Shown: piece after piece, positions 1-7,838 of the stretch
How the letters are laid out: every line of letters begins with the position of its first letter
Position numbering within the stretch: the stretch's first letter is position 1
Source: Candidatus Sigynarchaeum calidifontis
GTDB taxonomy: Archaea; Asgardarchaeota; Lokiarchaeia; Sigyniarchaeales; Sigyniarchaeaceae
NCBI GenBank assembly: GCA_030587475.2
Contig: JAUQYZ020000062.1
Coordinates: 1 to 26,642, forward strand
Direction of reading: 5' to 3'
DNA length: 26,642 nt
Notes under the pieces: model-generated
Database searches by the model: none
Seen by the model: the letters and a program-made list of their open reading frames with translations, nothing else
Told to the model about the DNA's origin: nothing
Position numbers and translations under genes: made by a program

Positions 1-1418
1 AGCGCGCCGTGGGAGACAGCGGGCGTGTTCCAGCGCGCGGTGTACTGTTGCACGAACACCGCGTCCACCGTCGGTGCCCAGAGGGTGGCGTCGGTCCAGC
101 CCTCGGCGACCGACGGATCGTCGCCGATCGCCCGCAGGAACTCCGGGGAGGCGATGTCGCCGCGGGCGAAGAGCGACGCGAGGCTCTCCTCGACCGTATT
201 CTCCGTGATGCCGAGCCGCCGCGCGAGTTCCTCGAGGGCAATGGTTCGATAGGCAGTGACGATCTGCCCGATCTCGTCCTTGAGCGCTCCGTCGGTCATG
301 TACTCTCGTTTCTGGGTGAACACGCCGCGCAAGCGGCCTTGCTTGACCAGCTCGTGCAAGACACTCCGGATGAGCTCGATGGCAACTCCAAGCTCCTCGC
401 CGATGGTCTCGAGGCGGAATTTCTTGTGCTGTTCCGCGTAGTCGTACACGATGTCCATGAGCTTGCTCTTCGTGTAGACCTTGTTCCCCTTGACCGCGAA
501 GAAGCCGTCGATGTCGCGTGTCTTGAGCAGCGTGGCGAGTATATCCTTGATGATCTCGGCGTGCACGTCATGCGCGGCGGAGAAATCGTTGATGTCGATC
601 TCGCCCTGCGTGTTCGCGAGCTGGATGAGCTTGTTCTGCATGAAGGTCGTCGCGTAGTAAAACTTCTTTTGCCGAGAGAACGTGCCCCGCAAGCGCTCGT
701 TGCGGATGATCTCGTACATGAGCTTGAGCGCCTGGTCGAGGGTCACGCCCACGTTTTTCGCCAGTGCATCGACCGAGATGTACCCGCTCGTCTTGACTTG
801 CTCGGACACGCGGGATTTCAAGCCGGGATCGATGTAGGTGAAGAGCTTGTTCTGCTCGTCGATGATGCCGCCGAGGTTGTAGTCCTTCACGAGCGTCTCG
901 AGCAGCCGCGGGACGTCGACCTCGTCCATCTTGACGATGCCGCCGATCGTGGAGAAGCTGATCGTGCCGGACGACTTTAGCTTGGAAGTGAGGCAGCTCG
1001 GGCAAAAATCTTCCCCCTGGAGTTTCTTGAGCTTCCCGTCGCACACTTTCGGCTGCCTGGCGATGCCGATCTTGGTCGCCTCCTTGAGCACGATCTGGTC
1101 GGCCAAGTAACAAATCATGGGCTGGGCATCGAACGAGTTCCAGCCGCATTTCTCGCAGCGCAGGTAATGCTGGCCCGCGGGCAGCTTGTCGAGGCGCAAG
1201 GTGCCGGCGCATTTCGGGCAGCTCGATTGCGGGACGGTCGGGCACGTGTTGTTGAACTTGAGCGCGGTTTCCCGCAAGTGCGACGCGCCGCACTTCTGGC
1301 ACTTGTACTTCTCGTTCGTGATGACGTGGATGCGGCAGTACCCTTTCTGGCAAGTGGAACATTGATAATCGTTTTTCGAGAGGGGCGTGCCGCACACGGC
1401 GCAGTTCGATGCTACCAT
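1..1418 (-). CDS. Multi-zinc-finger protein with five tandem PCI/UFL1-DDRGK-like winged-helix repeats (3' end runs off the window)
   Basis: My translation from the ATG at 1418 is open to the window edge (about 472 codons): MVASNCAVCGTPLSKNDYQCSTCQKGYCRIH...CQKC...CPKC...CEKC...CPSC, then ~60-aa repeats ending LVKDYNLGGIIDEQNKLF, IIRNERLRGTFSRQKKFY, LLKTRDIDGFFAVKGNKV, LVKQGRLRGVFTQKREY and YRTIALEELARRLGITENTVEESLASLFARGDI. It is missing from the ORF track because there is no stop codon. TATA box at 1460-1469. Confidence 0.85.
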   Translation of the reverse strand, partial: MVASNCAVCGTPLSKNDYQCSTCQKGYCRIHVITNEKYKCQKCGASHLRETALKFNNTCPTVPQSSCPKCAGTLRLDKLPAGQHYLRCEKCGWNSFDAQPMICYLADQIVLKEATKIGIARQPKVCDGKLKKLQGEDFCPSCLTSKLKSSGTISFSTIGGIVKMDEVDVPRLLETLVKDYNLGGIIDEQNKLFTYIDPGLKSRVSEQVKTSGYISVDALAKNVGVTLDQALKLMYEIIRNERLRGTFSRQKKFYYATTFMQNKLIQLANTQGEIDINDFSAAHDVHAEIIKDILATLLKTRDIDGFFAVKGNKVYTKSKLMDIVYDYAEQHKKFRLETIGEELGVAIELIRSVLHELVKQGRLRGVFTQKREYMTDGALKDEIGQIVTAYRTIALEELARRLGITENTVEESLASLFARGDIASPEFLRAIGDDPSVAEGWTDATLWAPTVDAVFVQQYTARWNTPAVSHGA

Positions 1419-1459
1419 GACTCGTGCCAGCTCGGAGATTATGGATCGAATGGAGGCCC

Positions 1460-1492
1460 TTATAATAAATAGATTCGTCTTAGATTATCTAA
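1460..1492 (-). promoter_or_regulatory. TATA box (TTTATTATAA) with adjacent palindrome TTAGAT-T-ATCTAA
   Basis: AT-rich box about 42 bp upstream of ATG 1418; 13-bp palindrome at 1480-1492. The same 10-mer lies upstream of the NfeD-like gene (18171-18180). Confidence 0.5.
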
Positions 1493-1660
1493 TTTATCGC
1501 TAGGCCATTGCTTGGCAACGCGCATGGCTCGTCGGGTTGACCGCGTATCCGGTACATTGCAGATCCTTTTTAACGACCATTTTCATTACGAACTAAAACC
1601 CGGCACGTCCTGGCCCGGGATTCCGCGGCCGGGGCGTTCACGGGGCCCGGCGATCGAAGG

Positions 1661-1668
1661 TTTATATA
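1661..1668 (+). promoter_or_regulatory. TATA box TTTATATA
   Basis: Archaeal TATA consensus about 40 bp upstream of ATG 1709. Confidence 0.5.
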
Positions 1669-1708
1669 GGCTGGTGACGATTAATATAGTATTTAAATAG
1701 CATCTTGT

Positions 1709-2242
1709 ATGACCGCAAGGGAACCCGCGACGAGCATGACGATGGCATTGCCTGGCGACGAAAACGGCCAACCCGACCTGGAGCTGACGAAATCATTCAT
1801 CGACTTGATAGACAAGGCCGTCGCCAATGATTTCATTGTCAAGGAGATCACCGAGGAGGACAGGGCGAACGACTTCTACAAGTCCTTGAAGTTCACGCTG
1901 ACCTTCAACCAGATCAAGATACTCTACGAGCGGAAGGTCATCACGCATCTCTTCATCCTGCCGAAGATTCAATACCTGTTCGGCTTCCGCCCGAAGGAAG
2001 GGCTGTGCTTGCTCGTGAACAAGAAGGTGCACAAGCACGTGCTCTGCGACGGGCCGCTCGCCGAGCTGAACGAGAAATGCTTCCTGGTCAACAACCTCCA
2101 ATTCTTGCTCGTGCAGTCCGACGCGTTCAAGGTCTGGTCGTACGTTCCCGCGTGCCCGTGCGACCAGCGATGCGCGAACACGCCGAAAGCATTGGAACTG
2201 CGCACGAAGCTGTACGTGGAGAAGGACGAGGACGAGCGTTGA
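1709..2242 (+). CDS. Hypothetical protein (Cys-containing C-terminus, CPCDQRC)
   Basis: 177-aa ORF with genome-typical codon usage and an upstream TATA box; no family recognised. Confidence 0.75.
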   Translation: MTAREPATSMTMALPGDENGQPDLELTKSFIDLIDKAVANDFIVKEITEEDRANDFYKSLKFTLTFNQIKILYERKVITHLFILPKIQYLFGFRPKEGLCLLVNKKVHKHVLCDGPLAELNEKCFLVNNLQFLLVQSDAFKVWSYVPACPCDQRCANTPKALELRTKLYVEKDEDER

Positions 2243-2466
2243 ATACACTTGCTTGGCGGTGCACGGGTCTATAGCTTCATTATATATCTCTGCCATTTAG
2301 CGCAATTCGAATAGCCGGGACAAATCCAGACTCTATCTCCATTATCTGCCTAGAACATTCATGACTTTTTCCATCTTTTCTTGGTCCACTTTCAATTCCT
2401 ACAGCGGTACAATGAGCATGCTAAATCATAAATGTACGAAAGCAGTGTTATCTCGTGGGGATATCC

Positions 2467-2832
2467 ATGCCGCGAACCCTTGATGATGTCATTGAAATGG
2501 CCCGAAACGACAAGGACGTCCTCGCGATCGTTTTGTTCGGTAGCAGAACAAAAGGCGATGTATACAAGGATACCGACATCTGCCTCGTGACGAGGAACGG
2601 CTGTCCCCAAGACAAGCGGCTTCAATACCTTGCAATCTTTCCAAAATCGTTTGATATTCACGTTTTCGACGATTTGCCACTATACATCAAATCCAGGGTG
2701 ATGAAAGAGGGCAAGATCCTATTGAACAAGGATTTCCAGGGCGTGTTTGAAAAGTACTACCAGACGATAAAGGATCTTCGCCTTTTCGAGCCTCACTTCG
2801 ACACGTATCTCGGGATGACAACCGATGGATGA
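2467..2832 (+). CDS. Minimal nucleotidyltransferase (MNT/MntA-type antitoxin)
   Basis: LFGSRTKGDVYKDTDICL matches the GS...DxD Pol-beta motif, with later FDIHVFDDLP; overlaps the downstream HEPN gene. Confidence 0.9.
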   Translation: MPRTLDDVIEMARNDKDVLAIVLFGSRTKGDVYKDTDICLVTRNGCPQDKRLQYLAIFPKSFDIHVFDDLPLYIKSRVMKEGKILLNKDFQGVFEKYYQTIKDLRLFEPHFDTYLGMTTDG

Positions 2833-3247
2833 ACGACGCATATTATCCAAGCTACGCGAGATCGAAGCGTATCTTCAAGAGATGGAGGAACTCCGGCCGT
2901 CATCCTTCGAGGATTACCAGAAATCTTTGCAATCACGACGTGCTGTAGAACGTGAATTTCAAATCTTGATAGAAAGCGTGATTGATACATGTTACATGCT
3001 CACGAGCGAGTTGCGCATCGGTCCGCCAGCGGATGATGAACACATGCTTGATTTATTAGCGGCTAAGCTGCCCGTGGTAGAAAAAGTCAAGGGGATGAAA
3101 GGGTTTCGTAATATCCTCGTGCACAAGTATGGCGTCATCGATGATATCAAGGTATATTCGTTCCTGGAGGAAAACATGGGTGACTTCGCGGAATTCCTCC
3201 AATCTATTCGAGACTTTTTAGATTCCCATAAAAAACGGAAGAAATAA
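2825..3247 (+). CDS. HEPN/DUF86 (HepT-like) ribonuclease toxin
   Basis: AVEREFQILIESVID and GFRNILVHKY (Rx4H-Y motif); paired with MNT as a type VII TA system. Confidence 0.92.
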   Translation: MDERRILSKLREIEAYLQEMEELRPSSFEDYQKSLQSRRAVEREFQILIESVIDTCYMLTSELRIGPPADDEHMLDLLAAKLPVVEKVKGMKGFRNILVHKYGVIDDIKVYSFLEENMGDFAEFLQSIRDFLDSHKKRKK

Positions 3248-3286
3248 GCGGTTGCCCCCGAACTCAACACGAAACTCACGTCTTGC

Positions 3287-4294
3287 GTGCAATCGACGGA
3301 GCAAAAAATGGCGGAGCAGATATCCGCGTTGAGCACCCAGCAAGAGATCACGTCCAAATCATTCGAAAATTTCGTGAACATCATCAAGATGAGCCCCCAC
3401 TTGAAGGGAGAAACAGGCGAGGGCATCGTGCGATGGATTCTCGGCAACCTGCCGCGGGAGCTGTGGGAGGAACAATATCCTGTCACAATGGCTAGGAAAG
3501 GCCGGTCGACGGGCCGGATCGATTTCGTCGTTTTCCTTCCCCCGAGCCGCACCATCCTGCCCATCGATGCAAAATTCAACCTACCTGACAAGTTCTTGGA
3601 TGAATGCGAGAAGATTGAAGAGCAATCGATGGAAGATGGGGAACAAAAGGATGTCAAGGAGGAAAATGAAGGAAAGGAGGAGCAAGAACGTGAAGGCGTG
3701 GAACTTGAACGGGGCGACGAGGAAGGCGCTGGTGAACAACCGAAGGTAATCGAGCCAGGCAAGCATGGCAAGCTCGTCTCGCCACGCGAGAAAAAGGGAT
3801 TTGAATTCATCTTCATCTCCAAGGAAAAAGCCAAACAGATCAACGACATGGTCGTCGCCCAGGGGAAGGACATCGCGAGCTACATCTCGCCGGCCGATAA
3901 CACCACGAGCTTCGCCCTGATTTTCGTGCCTGATGGCATATACACGTGCCTCACGCAAGATACGTTTTCCAAGCTCAAGATGAACAACGTCATTCCCGTG
4001 AATACGTCTGGATTGTTCGCTATTATCCACATCGTGCACCGTTTTTACACCCTGATCAACATCGCAGAGATCACGAAATCCGCAAAGGAATTGTCCCGGA
4101 TCCACGACGAGTTCGCGCAATGCTTGGCCAATTGCACGGCGTCCATCGATAAAGCGCTCAAACAATCGTCCGACGCGCTCAAGAACGTGGAAAAGGTGAA
4201 GCAAATATTCGAGGCTTCGAGTCAAAAGATCGAGAACGTGTTTGAAAAATTAAACGTGCCACAAGACTTGAAGGAAAGAGAATTTAAAACATAG
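3287..4294 (+). CDS. RmuC-family PD-(D/E)xK nuclease-like protein with acidic insertion; N-terminus possibly truncated
   Basis: KGETGEGIVRWIL, EQY, RIDFVVFLP, LPIDAKF, YISPADNTTSFALIFVPDGIY and a C-terminal coiled coil. Start uncertain (GTG 3287 or ATG 3308). Confidence 0.8.
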   Translation: MQSTEQKMAEQISALSTQQEITSKSFENFVNIIKMSPHLKGETGEGIVRWILGNLPRELWEEQYPVTMARKGRSTGRIDFVVFLPPSRTILPIDAKFNLPDKFLDECEKIEEQSMEDGEQKDVKEENEGKEEQEREGVELERGDEEGAGEQPKVIEPGKHGKLVSPREKKGFEFIFISKEKAKQINDMVVAQGKDIASYISPADNTTSFALIFVPDGIYTCLTQDTFSKLKMNNVIPVNTSGLFAIIHIVHRFYTLINIAEITKSAKELSRIHDEFAQCLANCTASIDKALKQSSDALKNVEKVKQIFEASSQKIENVFEKLNVPQDLKEREFKT

Positions 4295-5041
4295 TTTAAA
4301 ACATAAGCATTGCGGGTAGCACATCCAGGCGGATTGTCTACGAAATGTTTGGTGCTCACGCTACTGGTGTCGCTGGTTATGCCGGTGAAGCGCGAGGGCG
4401 CGGCGAGCGGCGAGATCAGGGAGGCGATGCGCGTCGCCATGCACGTGGACGGGGCGGGCCGCGTGTACACGGCCGCGACGGCGCTGCGCGATGTAATTTT
4501 TTAACCATTCTCTTTCTATCTCGTGGATATTCGATAATTCATGCATCGATCCAAGTCGATCCTAGCCTCCTAGCGTCTCGTGCCGGTATGATCTTGCTTC
4601 TTTTGGGAGTGCATCCTTGGATCCGTCTCGCACGAGTCGTGACCTACGAAGAAATATCGTTTCTCCTCGTACGACGGAGATCGCGAAAAACCCGCCGAAA
4701 GCCTTCATGGGCGTTGTGTTCCCATTTTAGCACGGATCCCGGATCGAAACGATCAGCGATACCACCCGCGATCCAAGGATACAAGAAACGGATTTTAACG
4801 AGAAAAAGAGAAAGAGAAAAAATGTGAATAACCCGAGCCGCAAAAATTGGCTGGGTATTCACCACACGCGGAGGTATTGATATTCTTGTTGGGTTAGGCA
4901 TCCAAAATGGCAAAAATCGAAAGCCTAACCACGTTATACTTTACCACGTTCAACCTTTTAAGGTTTTCGCCGAATCTGGAACATTTCGGCGGTCGGCTGG
5001 CGCAATTTCCCTTCACGATCCACGGCAAAACTTGCCATGAT

Positions 5042-5138
5042 TTGCATGGAATTGTTAAACGGATCCGTGGGATCGACGGGAAACCGAACCTTGCATGGAA
5101 ATGATAACTCGATCGGGTGATCGACGGGAGAATCGACC
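5042..5138. repeat. Imperfect tandem duplication, 2 x ~49 bp
   Basis: Units 5042-5090 and 5091-5138 share TTGCATGGAA...GATC...GATCGACGGGA in register. Confidence 0.75.
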
Positions 5139-5214
5139 AAAACCCGCGCGCCGTGCGTGCATCATTTTTATCATCCCGTGGAGAGACGGGGCACAATGAT
5201 GACCAACTTTTTCA

Positions 5215-5332
5215 GCCGTGCAACGAACAATGTTCGCCGTGCAACGAACAATGTTCGATATCGTCAGCCGTGCTGACGAGATCGTCAGCGACGATGACGA
5301 CGGAATCGTCAGCCGTGCAACGAACAATGTTC
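5215..5332. repeat. Three exact copies of the 21-mer GCCGTGCAACGAACAATGTTC plus ATCGTCAGC sub-repeats
   Basis: Copies at 5215-5235, 5236-5256 and 5312-5332, each containing the palindrome GAACA-A-TGTTC; hairpin TCGTCAGC-CGT-GCTGACGA at 5261-5279. Confidence 0.9.
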
Positions 5333-5395
5333 AAGATACACGGCAAGCGCGATTGCACCAAGATCGTGATGCCGACCTTCTTGCGTCGGGCCGCT

Positions 5396-5824
5396 TTATT
5401 TCATCGATATCACGTTCAACCCGGTTATGCGTGAATAATGGTCGGCATTGCCGGTCAAAATGTCGCTATCGCCTCGTGACAATATCGTGCCTGCGATCAT
5501 GCAATCGAATAGATCGATCGATTCGCCCGCGCCGGCGAGTGAGAAATAGAGCTCGGCTCCCTTCCTTGCTGCCTTGGTCGTGAAATCGACCTGGACGAGG
5601 GCCTTCTCGAGCCTTTGTATGCTCGCTGTTTCCTTGTCGATGATCGCTTTTGCTTTCTTGAATTTTTTCACGAACTGGATCGTGTACAAGCCCGCATAGA
5701 TCTCGTACATAGAAATAGACGTAATCGCCAGTCGCTCGGACGCGTCGACTTTCGATAACAACTGTTCCACGGTGAAGTCGCCGTGCATCCACCCAATGGC
5801 GACGCTCGTGTCGATATAGAGCAC
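5396..5824 (-). CDS. vapC: VapC PIN-domain ribonuclease toxin
   Basis: YIDTSVAI, SISMYEIYAG, DLFDCMIAGT and ILTGNADHY carry the PIN acidic residues. Confidence 0.93.
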   Translation of the reverse strand: MLYIDTSVAIGWMHGDFTVEQLLSKVDASERLAITSISMYEIYAGLYTIQFVKKFKKAKAIIDKETASIQRLEKALVQVDFTTKAARKGAELYFSLAGAGESIDLFDCMIAGTILSRGDSDILTGNADHYSRITGLNVISMK

Positions 5825-5825
5825 T

Positions 5826-6089
5826 TTACGGTTCCTCCTTCGTCGTGGGCGCGGTGAACCTGGCGCGGAATTTCTCCCGAATCAATGCTCGTGCTTCGGC
5901 ATACGCGTCATGGATCTCGCCTTCATTTTCACCCTTTGCGATGCCGTGGCACTTGATGAATTCCTGGAGATTTCCTTGTCCATCCAGCAATCGTTCGATG
6001 ACGTCCGAATAACTCTCGTCTTCGCCTTTCAAAGCCTTCAAGCGCTCTTGGAGTTGCTTCTTGATCGAAATCTGGATCGATGTCATCAT
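5826..6089 (-). CDS. vapB: VapB-type antitoxin (archaeal RHH / DUF217-like)
   Basis: TSIQISIKKQLQERLKALKGEDESYSDVIERLL; ends 1 bp upstream of vapC. Confidence 0.85.
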   Translation of the reverse strand: MMTSIQISIKKQLQERLKALKGEDESYSDVIERLLDGQGNLQEFIKCHGIAKGENEGEIHDAYAEARALIREKFRARFTAPTTKEEP

Positions 6090-6412
6090 TATCACTATAT
6101 ATACATGATATAATGTCGATACTTGTCTTAATCCTTAACCATTCCATGCACCTTTCTCGCGCCGGTTCCTTGACACGTCATATCTTTGGCATTAATGCCA
6201 TTGATTAGAGGAATTGATTTTTGTTTTAGCTTTTCTCATACAAAGACGTGGGTGGTGCTGCTCAAATCCTCCGTGATTTTATCGTGATCGGCAATTGATC
6301 GAGCTAGATTCTCGCTTTATCGGAATGATCTCGCCATCATTCCACGCATCCTCGTATCGACGAATATTATCGTGGATGGAGGAAAATTTTCTCGATGACA
6401 CGCTTGAGAACC

Positions 6413-6420
6413 TATAAATA
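6413..6420 (+). promoter_or_regulatory. TATA box of the mvhG-hdrCB operon
   Basis: TATAAATA preceded by purine-rich GAGAA, about 80 bp upstream of ATG 6501. Confidence 0.45.
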
Positions 6421-6500
6421 AGCTCCCGCCAACCAGTAGCACGTGTGCTGGCATTCGGATTTCTGATTTTTTCGCGAACGCTGGCAACGGAGATTTCATC

Positions 6501-7838
6501 ATGCCAATCAAAGTAGCATTCATGCAGCTATCGTCCTGCTGGGGATGCCACCAGAGCCTGCTCAACTTGCATCTCGGCTTGCTCCCGGTGCTTCCCGAGC
6601 TGGACATCGTGTATTGGCCCGCGGTCGTGGACTTCAAGCTCTCTTCGCTCGAAGGCCGCCCCGACCAATCCATTGACGTTGGATTCTGCGAGGGCATGCT
6701 GCGAACCGAGCACGACGTGCACAATGCCAAGACCATGAGGGCAAAATGCAAGATCCTCATCGCGTTCGGCACGTGTGCGACTTACGGCAGCGTCAAGGGC
6801 CTCGCCAACCAATGGTCGCGGGAGGAGCTCTTGCAGCGAAAGTTCCAGCAAACCGAGAGCACGGCAGAACCGCTGGACATGAACACGAAGCGCGACCCGG
6901 AGCTCACGCCGATCGCCGAATCGGTCGTGAACCTCGACAAGGTCGTCAAAATCGACGCGTACTTGCCCGGCTGCCCGCCGCGCAAGGAAAACATTCTCGG
7001 CGCCGTCGCGTTCCTCATCAAGAAGGACCCGACGACCATGAAGAAGGATAGCAACGTGTGTGCCACCTGCAAGGCCAGCCCATGCCTGCTCGAGAAGGGC
7101 AAGCTGTGCTGGGGCGAAGTCACGGCAGGCGGCTGCTCGCTCATGTGCCCCGGGGATAATTTGACCCCTTGTACAGGATGTTTCGGCAAGTCCAACAAGC
7201 CAGACGCCGCGAAGGCCGCCAAGATGAAAGCCCTCCTCGATGCCAAGAAGGTCGGCGCGGAGGACGCGAATCTCGTGGCGCAGTTCATCTTGCTCTACCA
7301 CGGGCTGCCCCCGCAAGGCTCGCTCTACCTTGCCGGCGACCCGCTGCGCAAGCTCGCGCTCGGTGCCAAGATGGACTTCTCGGACGACGTGGTCGGCTCG
7401 TCGTTGAAGACGCTCGCCGGCAACCCGAACTTTAAGTTCACGAACAGCAACGTCTGTGGCACGTGCGACCGCAACGGCAACATGAACAAGAAGATGACCC
7501 AGATCAAGCGATACTACGAGGGGCCCGTGTACGACACCGGCACGTGCTTCATCAATCAAGGGTACATTTGCATGGGCCCCGTGACCCAGGCGGGCTGCGG
7601 CGCCATCTGCCCAAACAAGGGGAATACTATCTGCAATGGATGTTATGGGCCTGTTTTTGGCGTTAATGAACAAGGCGCGCGCGGCATCAGCACGATCGCG
7701 AGCCTTGCCGACGTGAATATCGATGCCGTAAAAGACGGCATCCTCGATCCTGTCGGGCTTTTCTACCGCTACACGCTGGCCGCGTCCGAGATCAACAAGA
7801 AGGTCAACGACACCAAGGGAGGCGAGAAGAAACAATGA
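6501..7838 (+). CDS. mvhG: F420-non-reducing [NiFe] hydrogenase small subunit (MvhG/VhuG-like) with duplicated C-terminal Fe-S module
   Basis: SSCWGCHQS, IVYWPAVVDFK, AFGTCATYG, PGCPP, then two copies of SNVCxxC...C..Gx.CxGxVTxxGCxxxCP...CxGCxG. Confidence 0.9.
   Translation: MPIKVAFMQLSSCWGCHQSLLNLHLGLLPVLPELDIVYWPAVVDFKLSSLEGRPDQSIDVGFCEGMLRTEHDVHNAKTMRAKCKILIAFGTCATYGSVKGLANQWSREELLQRKFQQTESTAEPLDMNTKRDPELTPIAESVVNLDKVVKIDAYLPGCPPRKENILGAVAFLIKKDPTTMKKDSNVCATCKASPCLLEKGKLCWGEVTAGGCSLMCPGDNLTPCTGCFGKSNKPDAAKAAKMKALLDAKKVGAEDANLVAQFILLYHGLPPQGSLYLAGDPLRKLALGAKMDFSDDVVGSSLKTLAGNPNFKFTNSNVCGTCDRNGNMNKKMTQIKRYYEGPVYDTGTCFINQGYICMGPVTQAGCGAICPNKGNTICNGCYGPVFGVNEQGARGISTIASLADVNIDAVKDGILDPVGLFYRYTLAASEINKKVNDTKGGEKKQ

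Noticed and set aside
9-1395. ORF-track entries 9..980(+), 568..1395(-) and 296..571(-)
   Set aside because: They are antisense or off-frame shadows of the real minus-strand gene starting at 1418.
2530-2590. Apparent loss of the second catalytic Asp in MNT (TDIC versus SDID)
   Set aside because: DTD supplies the DxD with a slightly shorter loop, as in many archaeal MNTs (DxDxC pattern).
5215-5332. Possible CRISPR array
   Set aside because: Two repeats are directly adjacent, the only gap is itself repetitive, and there are no cas genes.
4345-5583. Short ORFs across the repeat-rich intergenic region
   Set aside because: Atypical composition and no motifs; their peptide repeats simply mirror the DNA repeats.
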